DNA from: Prevotella sp.
Lineage (GTDB): Bacteria > Bacteroidota > Bacteroidia > Bacteroidales > Dysgonomonadaceae
Assembly (NCBI GenBank): GCA_031285625.1
Contig: JAITVV010000017.1
Coordinates: 1-64,000, forward strand
Direction of reading: 5' to 3'
Length of the DNA stretch: 64,000 nt
Part shown: in pieces, positions 41,969 through 51,392 of the stretch
Numbering within the stretch: position 1 is the stretch's first letter
Layout of the letters: each line of letters starts with the position of its first letter
Notes under the pieces: generated by a model
What the model was told of the DNA's origin: nothing
Database searches by the model: none
Seen by the model: only the letters and a program-made list of their open reading frames with translations
Made by a program: the position numbers and the translations under genes

Positions 41969-43607
41969 AGTCCATCTGCTCCCCCCAATTTAAGTTCAAG
42001 GTTACATCAGCCACAGCATCAAACATTCTTTCGTGTGAAGCTATAATAACCAAGCGATCTTCAGCCAAATTCATAATCTGTGGAAGAATAATTTCGACAG
42101 TACCAGCGTCCAGATTTGCTGTGGGCTCATCCAGAATAGCTACAGGTCTCGGATGCAACATCATCCGCGCGAGTGTAATTAATTGTTTTTCGCCACCGGA
42201 AAGCTGTTTACCATTATGGCTCAACCCAGCTAGCCAACCATCCTCTTTTTTTGATAAAATTTTATCTAAGAAATCGGGATATTCATCGTATTTATCAGCC
42301 TCGGTTTCGAGGAAAACATTATATCCCAGCGTCCCGTCAAAAATAAAAGGAAACTGGTTCATATATGATGAGTTTGCTTTCAACCACTCATGAGACCACC
42401 CATTATCTTTTCCATTTACCGCAACTATACCATCTTGCGCAAAGAGGCTTCCAGTACAGATTTTTAACAAGGTAGACTTGCCCGAACCAGAGATACCCTT
42501 TACCAGGACTAATCCTTTCGTCGGTAATTTCAGATTGATATTATGTAAGACTTTCACAGGCGAATTGGGATAAGCAAAACTTAAATTATTGATTTCAAAA
42601 GCACTAAGTTTTTCATCCGTATCGGTAAAAGGAACATTGGTGCTCTTATTAAGTATAGGCATCACTAATTTTGCCGAAGCTAAAGCTTTATTGCGATCGT
42701 GATAAGCACTCACAAATTTGCGTAAATAAAAGAAAAAATAAGGGGCCAAAGTCAGTAAAAACAGCGCTGTACGGAATTCATACCCCTTTCCATAGTTGGG
42801 ACCTGTCATAATTCCAAGTAGACTCATACCCAAATAAATAGCAACTACAGCAATAGAGATGGTAACAAAAAGTTCCAATACTGCTGATGACAAAATAGCA
42901 ACCTGCATTACATTCGTAGTAGCTTTATTCAGCGCCTTACTTTTTTCTGATAAAAAACGATATTGGGGTTTGAAATTATCTAAATTAACGATTTCAGCAA
43001 TAGTTTGAAGCCGATTGTAAAAGATTGCCGAATATTTTAAGAAAAGATTGATATGCTTCTTATGAAGAGCCTCAGCACCCAAACCAATAACGATCATTTG
43101 CATCGGGATAACTAACAACGAAATCAATAATATTATACCAACCCACTTTTCCATCCAGAAACTAACAACCAACAACAGTATACTGACTAAAACCGAAGCG
43201 ATGGAATATGGTATAAAAAAAGCGAAAAAAGGTTTCAAGTCATCGCTTATTCTTGTAACAAACAAAGTACTCGATATGGAGTCTAATTGATTGTTTTTAA
43301 GCAATACTGGATAAAGTTTTTTTTTGATCTTGGAAACAATAATATTTCCTGCTTTATAGTTGAATAATGATGCGAAATGAGCAAGGATATATCTGCCAGC
43401 TAAGAATATTGCTGCGTACATTAATGTAATGGGCAAAAATAGTCCATCATCGAGCCATGAAGCAGCAAACCCCGATAAGTACCAACAAAAAACGACAAAA
43501 CACCCCGCACTTAAAACGGTAAATATCGAAGCTAGAATATACGAACCCTTTGCTTCAGCTATCTTTTTACTCAACCACCGGGAGGCACTTTCCTGTTTTG
43601 AGCTCAT
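41961..43607 (-). CDS. cydD: CydD-like ABC transporter subunit
   Basis: AILSSAVLELF, VAIYLG, YHDR motifs; GISGSGKST; LSGGE; ILDEPT; overlaps cydC start. Confidence 0.75.
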   Translation of the reverse strand: MSSKQESASRWLSKKIAEAKGSYILASIFTVLSAGCFVVFCWYLSGFAASWLDDGLFLPITLMYAAIFLAGRYILAHFASLFNYKAGNIIVSKIKKKLYPVLLKNNQLDSISSTLFVTRISDDLKPFFAFFIPYSIASVLVSILLLVVSFWMEKWVGIILLISLLVIPMQMIVIGLGAEALHKKHINLFLKYSAIFYNRLQTIAEIVNLDNFKPQYRFLSEKSKALNKATTNVMQVAILSSAVLELFVTISIAVVAIYLGMSLLGIMTGPNYGKGYEFRTALFLLTLAPYFFFYLRKFVSAYHDRNKALASAKLVMPILNKSTNVPFTDTDEKLSAFEINNLSFAYPNSPVKVLHNINLKLPTKGLVLVKGISGSGKSTLLKICTGSLFAQDGIVAVNGKDNGWSHEWLKANSSYMNQFPFIFDGTLGYNVFLETEADKYDEYPDFLDKILSKKEDGWLAGLSHNGKQLSGGEKQLITLARMMLHPRPVAILDEPTANLDAGTVEIILPQIMNLAEDRLVIIASHERMFDAVADVTLNLNWGEQMDYE

Positions 43608-43742
43608 TAATTGTCTTTTATTTTTATTTTCATTATATGAAATGAGTAGATACTAAAAGAACTTAGTAGCTTCATCTCATCATTGACAAAGATAATAATT
43701 CACGCAAAACAATCATCTATATCTATCAAAGAAATTACTTTA

Positions 43743-44450
43743 TTATGATTTCTTCATCATATCATCAAAAAATAGATCTCTATACGAATTCCCAATGGCA
43801 ATTTCATACATTTTGATAAAAACATCATTATTATCAAAAGATTCAATCTGATTTTTATTAACAATATATGATCTGTTTACTCTGATAAAGATATTTTTAG
43901 GAAGCAAATCATGTATTGTTTTTACATTCATCCGGGTAATAATACGTTGTCCATCCATCTGGATGATAACATAATCTTTTAATCCTTCTATAAATAGAAT
44001 ATCTTTCAGGTTCACCTTGAAGAAACGGCGATCAGACTTTACAAAGATATATTCGTCTTCAACGTTTTCAACACTCTTTTCCTCCTCTTCTAACAAAAGA
44101 GAGTGGTACGTAATTGCTTTATCAACAGCTTTTCTGAATTTTGCAGGATCAATCGGCTTAACTAAATAATCAACGGCATCTACCTCATAACTATCAAGAG
44201 CATATTCAGAATAAGCAGTAGTGAATATTATTAGTGTGTGTTTAGGAATAATTCTCGCAAACTCGATACCAGTTATACCCGGCATCTGTATATCAAGAAA
44301 TATCAGGTCAACCGTTGATATTTTCATGAAATCAGAAGCGGCCTCAGCACTATTAAAACAATCTAATAATTCAAGTTGAGATATCTGATCGACCAGTTTC
44401 TTTATTCCTTTACGAGCTATAGGCTCATCATCTACTATAATACACTTCAT
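43743..44450 (-). CDS. LytTR family response regulator (module B)
   Basis: Very similar to 19655-20371 (MKCIIVDDEPIAR...YEIAIGNSYR). Confidence 0.95.
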   Translation of the reverse strand: MKCIIVDDEPIARKGIKKLVDQISQLELLDCFNSAEAASDFMKISTVDLIFLDIQMPGITGIEFARIIPKHTLIIFTTAYSEYALDSYEVDAVDYLVKPIDPAKFRKAVDKAITYHSLLLEEEEKSVENVEDEYIFVKSDRRFFKVNLKDILFIEGLKDYVIIQMDGQRIITRMNVKTIHDLLPKNIFIRVNRSYIVNKNQIESFDNNDVFIKMYEIAIGNSYRDLFFDDMMKKS

Positions 44451-45508
44451 AATTTCAATTTTAAATTTACGGTATAGGTAGTATCAGTCTTTGTCTGATT
44501 TAATAAATAGTTATTACTAAACAGTAAGTCTAATCTTCTTTTTATATTTGACAAACCGAGCCCTCCCTCCTTCTTTTTTCTTACAATCCCTGAAATCGAA
44601 TTCTCACAGACAAATATCAACTCGCCTTGCTGCAGCTCAAATGACATATAAATATATGAACTATCGTCTGAGGAATTATGCTTTACTGCATTCTCTACAA
44701 AAGGAATAAATAATAAAGGGGCAACCTGTATATTATCCGTATCTCCTTTTATTTCTATTCTATAATCAAATTTGTCTCTTCTTATTTTTTCAAGCTCAAG
44801 AAAATTTGTCAAAAACTTGATGTCATCTTTTAAATAAACCTCATCTTGTACACTATCATTCAACTGATATTGTAGTAAATCATCAAGTTTTTCGAGAATG
44901 TAAGAGGCCATATCCGGATCCTCATCAACCAGTATATTAGCATTATTCAACATATTGAAAAGGAAATGCGGGTTTATCTGACTCTTCAGAAACTTAAGTT
45001 CCGATTGGGTCGTTGCAGACCTTAGTTCGGTTATACGTCGATTACCTATCATCCAGTGCTTAAATAGTAACAGTGCAGATATTCCTCCCAGAAAAAGAAA
45101 TATGGCCAGTAAGGAAGATGCTATACTAAAAAAGATAGCAACAACTGTAGGTTCCTGATGAGTAACACCAATATCATAGAAATACTCTTGCAATAGCATC
45201 ATTATGAATAATGCAAACAATGTGAATATTATGACTGAAACGATATACAAAAATATTTTATTCTTTGCCAAGAAACGGGGAAACAGTACGAATGCATTAA
45301 AATAAACAAGCATATTCATAAACAAGAAATAACCAATCCAACCAAAAAATCTATTTAGCGTCAAATTAAGCCTATCTGGAGCGTCAAAAAACACACCAAT
45401 AGTTATCAATAGGATGACAGCCTGTAGGCTAAGATGCCTGTGTATCCTATATTTATCATCAAATAAAAATGATGACATGCTGGCGTTATTAATCCGTGTA
45501 TTCATCAT
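44447..45508 (-). CDS. LytS/YehU-type sensor histidine kinase (canonical, module B)
   Basis: QINPHFLFNMLNN; FVENAVKH; GGLGLSNIKRRL. Confidence 0.93.
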   Translation of the reverse strand: MMNTRINNASMSSFLFDDKYRIHRHLSLQAVILLITIGVFFDAPDRLNLTLNRFFGWIGYFLFMNMLVYFNAFVLFPRFLAKNKIFLYIVSVIIFTLFALFIMMLLQEYFYDIGVTHQEPTVVAIFFSIASSLLAIFLFLGGISALLLFKHWMIGNRRITELRSATTQSELKFLKSQINPHFLFNMLNNANILVDEDPDMASYILEKLDDLLQYQLNDSVQDEVYLKDDIKFLTNFLELEKIRRDKFDYRIEIKGDTDNIQVAPLLFIPFVENAVKHNSSDDSSYIYMSFELQQGELIFVCENSISGIVRKKKEGGLGLSNIKRRLDLLFSNNYLLNQTKTDTTYTVNLKLKL

Positions 45509-46545
45509 TCCTCTAAGATATCCAGTTGTAACTCTACAAAGCCAGTGTTTAATAGCAATGTATACTTATTCTGATAAAGTAATTCTAACCTCTTTTTTAT
45601 TAAAACTACCTCATCCTCAATTATTTCTTTATCCGTTGCCGATTGACACCGAAGGAGAAGGTATTGATCTCTTAGCCGAAAATCCAAATTTAAATAAGTA
45701 CTGTCATCAATCATACCCTGAACAAGTGTTATCAGCAATAATGGCGATATGATCACATTATTTAAATCCCCTTCTGTTTCAATTGTATATTTAAACTCAT
45801 TTCTATTCAACTGTTCTAATTTGAGAAAATTATTCAGAAAATTTATTTCAGACTTTAAGAAAACCTTGTCTCTATTGCAATCATATAGTTGATACCTCAA
45901 TAATTGGCCCAATTGCATCAGCATATCAGAAGTCTTCTTCGGATCTGTTTTTACCAGAGCCGATGTATTTGTTAATGTTCTGGATAAAAATCCCGGAGTT
46001 ATTTGTCCTTTCAGTTTATTTACTTCCGATTGAAGATGCTCATATTCCAGTTGGCTTACACGCTCATTGCCTACTAACCAATTACGAAATAATACAAGGG
46101 CGGATATTCCCCAAAAGCATATTACTATATTCATAAAGGTTGCCAGATTATCGACCATAATAAGAGGGTTAGTATATGAAGTTACCCTGTGTGGCAATTC
46201 CAATAGATTACGTACCAAACCTTCCTGTAATACAGCTAATGTGGGCAATAAAAATACACCTAAAGACAGGATAACGGAATAACTAACAAACTTGCCTTTT
46301 AATAGATATCTAGGTATTAGAAAATAGTAATTGAAACACATGGCTGCAAGATATTGTAGAAACGAAGAGAAACAAATCACATAAATACGATTCCCTAAAA
46401 CATTACTACAGTCTTGATAAGCTATAAATACCTGATTGAAAGTGATTATAGCTCCAATCATGATAAAAATAAGATACCTCCAGATCCGATATTTTGGATC
46501 GATCAGAAGAAGAGGTACCTTGTATTTTTCTATAACTTTATTCAT
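45505..46545 (-). CDS. LytS-type histidine pseudokinase (module B)
   Basis: H-box QITPGFLSRTLT (His absent); N-box LVQGMI; shortened ATPase domain without G-box; GQLLRYQLYDCNR shared with the module A pseudokinase. Confidence 0.85.
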   Translation of the reverse strand: MNKVIEKYKVPLLLIDPKYRIWRYLIFIMIGAIITFNQVFIAYQDCSNVLGNRIYVICFSSFLQYLAAMCFNYYFLIPRYLLKGKFVSYSVILSLGVFLLPTLAVLQEGLVRNLLELPHRVTSYTNPLIMVDNLATFMNIVICFWGISALVLFRNWLVGNERVSQLEYEHLQSEVNKLKGQITPGFLSRTLTNTSALVKTDPKKTSDMLMQLGQLLRYQLYDCNRDKVFLKSEINFLNNFLKLEQLNRNEFKYTIETEGDLNNVIISPLLLITLVQGMIDDSTYLNLDFRLRDQYLLLRCQSATDKEIIEDEVVLIKKRLELLYQNKYTLLLNTGFVELQLDILEE

Positions 46546-46576
46546 TTCTACCTTGTCTCAGTAAAACAAAGATACA

Positions 46577-48925
46577 TTAAAAATCAAGTCTGTATACTAC
46601 ATTAAAAATAGAATTCTTGATTCTCCTAGGTTCAATAACACCTGTTTTAAGATTATATTCATGTCCGAAATATTCCTTGTATCCTGTTGCGTTTGCACCC
46701 TTAACTGCGATTTCATGTGAAACTCTTTTTCGGTTCATCCTGTAGCTGATCGAATAGCTAGCTAGGAACATAGGAGAAAATTGTTTTGAGAAGGCCCGGC
46801 TCTCATCATATTGTGTTTCTTTGTCAGGATGAGCTAATGTAGCCTGTTCATCTATCGGAGAATACCTGTCTCCACCCTGTACCGTTAATTTTAGATTTAC
46901 TCCCAATACATTTTGCTTATTACTTCCCAGCATCCACTCTTTACCAACCAATCCGTTAACTATAAAATTACGATTAAATTTAGTACTATGCCATACACCA
47001 TCTCCACCAGCATATTCAGAATTGAATACAGAAGCAGTAACCATATAATACAGACCTTTTGTCATATATTTTTCAAATGTAACATCTATCCCATAATTAC
47101 GGCCTTTTCCTTTATTTACTAACGCATCTTCCACGTAAAATGTACTACGGTTAAGAACTGAATACGAACTATCTGCTATTACAGGCACATCATACAAATA
47201 CTGGAAGTAAGGCTCAACTCTTAGATTCATATCATCCGAAATCTTATAGTTATACGATAATGCTATATGATGCGTTTTAGTAAAATCAAGATCTTTATTT
47301 ACTTGTTTATCTCCTGTTGCCTTTGTTTTCACAAAATATACATCCATTTTTTCCATACGGCTATGCAAACCATAAGCCAGGCCAAAAGAGCTTTTAGAAG
47401 AGGCCTGCCACTTGATAGCAGCACGTGGCTCTATTGTCCAACTGTTATTAAGCGTCAGTATTTGCCCATTTGCTCCTAAAGTAGCTGATATTTTATCATT
47501 CAGATCAAACAGAGAGCTTGAATAGGCTGAAATAAGATTGGTATTACCTTTCCCTTCTGAGATTGTTTCTAAAGGCTGTGCATCAAACGGAGCTAGACTC
47601 AAGTCCATATTATATCTCATATTCGTTAGGGTAAAACCCGTTTTATTTGTATGCTTCGCGCTGTATTTCTTATTGAAAGAAGAAGTAAGAACCAAGTTTG
47701 TATATTTACTTCTGAAATCAAGATTTGGAGTTGAATTCATATTTACATCATATATATCTTCCCATGCATCTGTTTTAGAATATGTAGCTGCCAGAGTTGT
47801 TTTCAATAAGGCATTATTGCTGAAGAAATAACGGTGACTTAATCCTCCGGCTGCAGAAATCTGCTTCATTCTCGAGTCCTTTGCATCATCTCTATATTCC
47901 CATTCTTCCGGATCATCTATCTCAGGTTTTATATTATCTTTCAAGGCTGTGCCCCATACAGAAAAGATACCTGCACTCTTTGTCGGAAAATTCAATTTAA
48001 AGTTTAAATCCTGATAATCCAATACCTGATCCATATCTCCGGCAGGATTTACTTTATTCATCAAACCTGTTGTAGAATACCTGTAATTAAATATATATGA
48101 AGAGTTATGTTTCTTACTTATCGGCCCCTCTGAGGCAAAGTCAAGACCAAGTATTCCGGCTTGCACGGTATGTTGAAATTTCTGATTATTACCATTTCTC
48201 AGTTTCATATCAAATACCCCTGAAACAGCATTATTATATTCGGCAGGAAAAGCTCCGGTAAAGAAGTCTGAATTCCCCAATACATTACTACTCAATGAAG
48301 ATAATATACCGCCTCCCAGTGTAGCAACATCCGCAAAGTGATTTGGATTAGGTATTTCCACATCTTCCAATCTCCATTGAAGAAGGCTGGGAGCATTACC
48401 ATGCACTGATATACCATTGTTGCCTATTCCCGGAGAGATTCCTGCAAATGAGCTTACCAGTCGGGCCGGGTCATCCAAGCCTCCGGCGTAGCGCGACGCT
48501 TCTTCTACACTTAGCATATGCCCTCCGGATAGTGCCATCTTATTGAGGGGTTCATTCTTGTTTGTCTGAACCGAAACTACTACTTCACCCAGTTCTTGTA
48601 CACTTTCTTTCAGTTGAATCTCGATAGAAACTTCTTTAGCAGAAGTAAGCATGATCTCTCTGATTACATTGGTTTCATATCCTATTGATGTTGCCTGCAA
48701 ATCATGTCTTCCTACTGGAACATTTTCCAGAATAAAGTTTCCGTCATCGTCAGTAAATGTTCCTATATGAGGAAGATCCAGTAAACCAACTGAAATAGAT
48801 GATAATGGTGCTCCTGAAGAACGGTCTACGACGGTACCTTTTATGTTTTGAGTCAATTTGTTTTGTGCAGATACGTTTATTGTAACGAATATGCAGATTA
48901 GTAGAAATGTAATTGCTTGTTTCAT
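46577..48925 (-). CDS. TonB-dependent receptor (non-SusC type, module B)
   Basis: Carboxypeptidase-regulatory-like N-domain; RYAGGLDDPARL; IPNPNHF; terminal YRLDF. Confidence 0.9.
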   Translation of the reverse strand: MKQAITFLLICIFVTINVSAQNKLTQNIKGTVVDRSSGAPLSSISVGLLDLPHIGTFTDDDGNFILENVPVGRHDLQATSIGYETNVIREIMLTSAKEVSIEIQLKESVQELGEVVVSVQTNKNEPLNKMALSGGHMLSVEEASRYAGGLDDPARLVSSFAGISPGIGNNGISVHGNAPSLLQWRLEDVEIPNPNHFADVATLGGGILSSLSSNVLGNSDFFTGAFPAEYNNAVSGVFDMKLRNGNNQKFQHTVQAGILGLDFASEGPISKKHNSSYIFNYRYSTTGLMNKVNPAGDMDQVLDYQDLNFKLNFPTKSAGIFSVWGTALKDNIKPEIDDPEEWEYRDDAKDSRMKQISAAGGLSHRYFFSNNALLKTTLAATYSKTDAWEDIYDVNMNSTPNLDFRSKYTNLVLTSSFNKKYSAKHTNKTGFTLTNMRYNMDLSLAPFDAQPLETISEGKGNTNLISAYSSSLFDLNDKISATLGANGQILTLNNSWTIEPRAAIKWQASSKSSFGLAYGLHSRMEKMDVYFVKTKATGDKQVNKDLDFTKTHHIALSYNYKISDDMNLRVEPYFQYLYDVPVIADSSYSVLNRSTFYVEDALVNKGKGRNYGIDVTFEKYMTKGLYYMVTASVFNSEYAGGDGVWHSTKFNRNFIVNGLVGKEWMLGSNKQNVLGVNLKLTVQGGDRYSPIDEQATLAHPDKETQYDESRAFSKQFSPMFLASYSISYRMNRKRVSHEIAVKGANATGYKEYFGHEYNLKTGVIEPRRIKNSIFNVVYRLDF

Positions 48926-48944
48926 GATTTTATTTATTATTTAA

Positions 48945-49124
48945 TTATTTATTCTTCAAAATTGTCATCAGCCGGTAAAGCTTATCGAAAATATTTCTTG
49001 TCCCTTTTGTAGCTTTAAGTTCACTACTCAGTACTTCTTCTAAGGCTATTAAAACCTTGTAACAATCGGTAGTACTGACTGCCGACAGATAAGATACTTT
49101 TCCTATTACTTCTTTTTTATTCAT
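48945..49124 (-). CDS. Mini HU/IHF-like protein (not in ORF track, 59 aa)
   Basis: Manual translation MNKKEVIGKVSYLSAVSTTDCYKVLIALEEVLSSELKATKGTRNIFDKLYRLMTILKNK; homologous to 25849-26034 and in the same position relative to the receptor. Confidence 0.8.
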   Translation of the reverse strand: MNKKEVIGKVSYLSAVSTTDCYKVLIALEEVLSSELKATKGTRNIFDKLYRLMTILKNK

Positions 49125-49152
49125 CGTAGTTTGTTGTTATATGATTATGATG

Positions 49153-49220
49153 TAAAAGTAGGATTTGAGTCAAAGTCAGATTAAAATATGAGACAGATCA
49201 GGCTGGTTCTTCGACAGAAT
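49153..49220 (-). promoter_or_regulatory. Promoter of mini-HU/receptor operon with 21-bp-spaced repeat
   Basis: -7 variant TACTTTTA (49153-49160); TGAGACAGAT at 49189 and TTCGACAGAA at 49210. Confidence 0.6.
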
Positions 49221-49225
49221 AGCGT

Positions 49226-50089
49226 TTATTGTATACGAAGCTTTGTCTCGTTTCTTTCAAAAAATAGTTTCCTATCCCTGATAACAATAATTACAGATAA
49301 TATTAAGAGAAGGCCTGTTTGTATTATTTTACTATCAGGATGAGGAGCAAAAAGCTCATTAAAGAAACCAGCTGTAATATGAAAGATAATCGTGACAAGT
49401 ATATTACGCCCCGTCTTATAGTACAACCAGTTCATAATTAAGACATACGGCACAATGCTAACAAGAAAATTCACACCATATATCCATCCTGTTTCTACGA
49501 TATTACTCTGGTAATAATCGCGTATAGTGGAAAGTGGCAGATGCCAGATACCCCAATATATCCCAAAGATGAATGAAGTCGTGAATAGATTGAATTTACT
49601 GCGCAAACTATCTGTACCATAGCTATGCCAGGCTAATTCTTCGATTAGTGGAGCTATAATAAGTAAAAACCATACAGGAAAAATTCCGGAAGAGAATGTA
49701 AATTCACCCGTAATGATGAATTGAGAAGGACTATACCCGAAGAGTAAAGAGATAGCCTGAGCCAGCATTATACTGACGGGCATGACTACACATGCCAATA
49801 TAAAATAAGGCAATCTTATGTCCTTAAAATTAAAAAAGCGCCCTTTTACATCCTCACGAAGGTTAGAATTCCGGGATATCAAAATATATGACACTCCAAC
49901 CGGAGCCAAAAGCCCTATAAATGCTAATAAACTCGCAATATTAAGATAAATATCCTGATAGGGGCTGATCTGGCTAACATACCCTGCTGTAAACCAAAAC
50001 AGCCATGGAATAAGGGTTGATAACAAATAAAAGGTTTTTACCTTTTTGTAGTCGAAGATAACGGAGGGGGATTTTTTTGAAGTTTTCAT
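49226..50089 (-). CDS. CPBP (Abi/CAAX) family intramembrane metalloprotease
   Basis: EELAWH, WGIWHLP, IIFHITAG motifs; multiple TM. Confidence 0.9.
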   Translation of the reverse strand: MKTSKKSPSVIFDYKKVKTFYLLSTLIPWLFWFTAGYVSQISPYQDIYLNIASLLAFIGLLAPVGVSYILISRNSNLREDVKGRFFNFKDIRLPYFILACVVMPVSIMLAQAISLLFGYSPSQFIITGEFTFSSGIFPVWFLLIIAPLIEELAWHSYGTDSLRSKFNLFTTSFIFGIYWGIWHLPLSTIRDYYQSNIVETGWIYGVNFLVSIVPYVLIMNWLYYKTGRNILVTIIFHITAGFFNELFAPHPDSKIIQTGLLLILSVIIVIRDRKLFFERNETKLRIQ

Positions 50090-50236
50090 ATCCTATGTAT
50101 TTGTTGATGTTTAATTATTACATCTCGAAAATACATAGGAATAGTACCCTATATCAGAATATGATACTAAACGGGTTATTCTGTATATGAACGATTATTT
50201 ATTGTATACAAGGAGAATTTAGATAGGTTTTATTGT

Positions 50237-51307
50237 CTATATTTTCTTCGGGCTTATTTTACTTTTCCCCAGAATGAAAGGAAAATACTTAGTAATAATA
50301 TAAATAGGGATAACAGATATAAGTATCATAATAGCACACATAACGGCAGACTCCACAGGAGTGAATACCTGATTTGCATGAGAGTCTCCTCCCAGTATAA
50401 ATAAATATATGGTTTTTACCCATCCTGTGATAATCAGGTGGAAGGCAAATATTATCAATGTGTTTTGACTTAGGTATATTAAAAAGCTGGATTTCATATT
50501 TGTGAATATCCGTGTAAAAAAGAAAATAGCGAATGCACCTACCACACCATTTACATAATATACGAATATATTTTTTCCGTAATTGCTTGTATTCATATCA
50601 ACGAAACCATTCCAGCGGGATAGCAGGATGCCTCCTACCAAGAATAGGACGCACAGCACAATTTTACTAACCACATTAGGATCCATCTTATCAATAAATC
50701 TCTTCATAAAGAAACCAAATGTATAGAAAGGTACTGCCATTATAGCACTATCCAGGCTCCAATAAAGATTTATTTGTGCATAATTGCGCAAATAAATTAT
50801 GACAAGGCTCAAAATATTAATAGCAATAAGTCCAAAGTATTTTTTCTTGTCCAGAGATAAGAAAAAACAGAATATCAGACGACATAAAAACAGTGCTACC
50901 AAAAACCAAAGGGGGATGTTTATCATGGTAGATATGGATGTATGATAACCTTCACCTAACAACATACCTACCATTGGTTTAATAAATCCTTCGATGAAAT
51001 TATGCTCGTAAAGTTCCGGATGTCGGCGAAACGTAACTAATAACCACCAGACATAGGTTATTATATAAAACCACATATATGGGATAAGTAGCGATTTAGC
51101 TCCTTTCTTTAATGTATCGGATATTGTGGAAGCACCTTTATCAACAAATCCAGATAATATAAAAAACAAAGGCATATGAAATGAAAGTATCCAGTTAATG
51201 AATACCATATCAGTCATATATACATGATCTATAGCGACACACCATACACCAATCAACTTAGCATAGTCTATCCAATGTAAACGAACTTTCTCTTTAGATT
51301 CAATCAT
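50237..51307 (-). CDS. Acyltransferase family 3 membrane protein
   Basis: RLHWIDYAK, SFHMPLFFILSG, LWFLVALF. Confidence 0.9.
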   Translation of the reverse strand: MIESKEKVRLHWIDYAKLIGVWCVAIDHVYMTDMVFINWILSFHMPLFFILSGFVDKGASTISDTLKKGAKSLLIPYMWFYIITYVWWLLVTFRRHPELYEHNFIEGFIKPMVGMLLGEGYHTSISTMINIPLWFLVALFLCRLIFCFFLSLDKKKYFGLIAINILSLVIIYLRNYAQINLYWSLDSAIMAVPFYTFGFFMKRFIDKMDPNVVSKIVLCVLFLVGGILLSRWNGFVDMNTSNYGKNIFVYYVNGVVGAFAIFFFTRIFTNMKSSFLIYLSQNTLIIFAFHLIITGWVKTIYLFILGGDSHANQVFTPVESAVMCAIMILISVIPIYIITKYFPFILGKSKISPKKI

Positions 51308-51392
51308 GTAATAAGCAAAAGTTTATGCGTTACGAAATTGTATTGATAACGTTAAAAGTATCAAAAAATATCGAATACGGCTAATTGAGACA

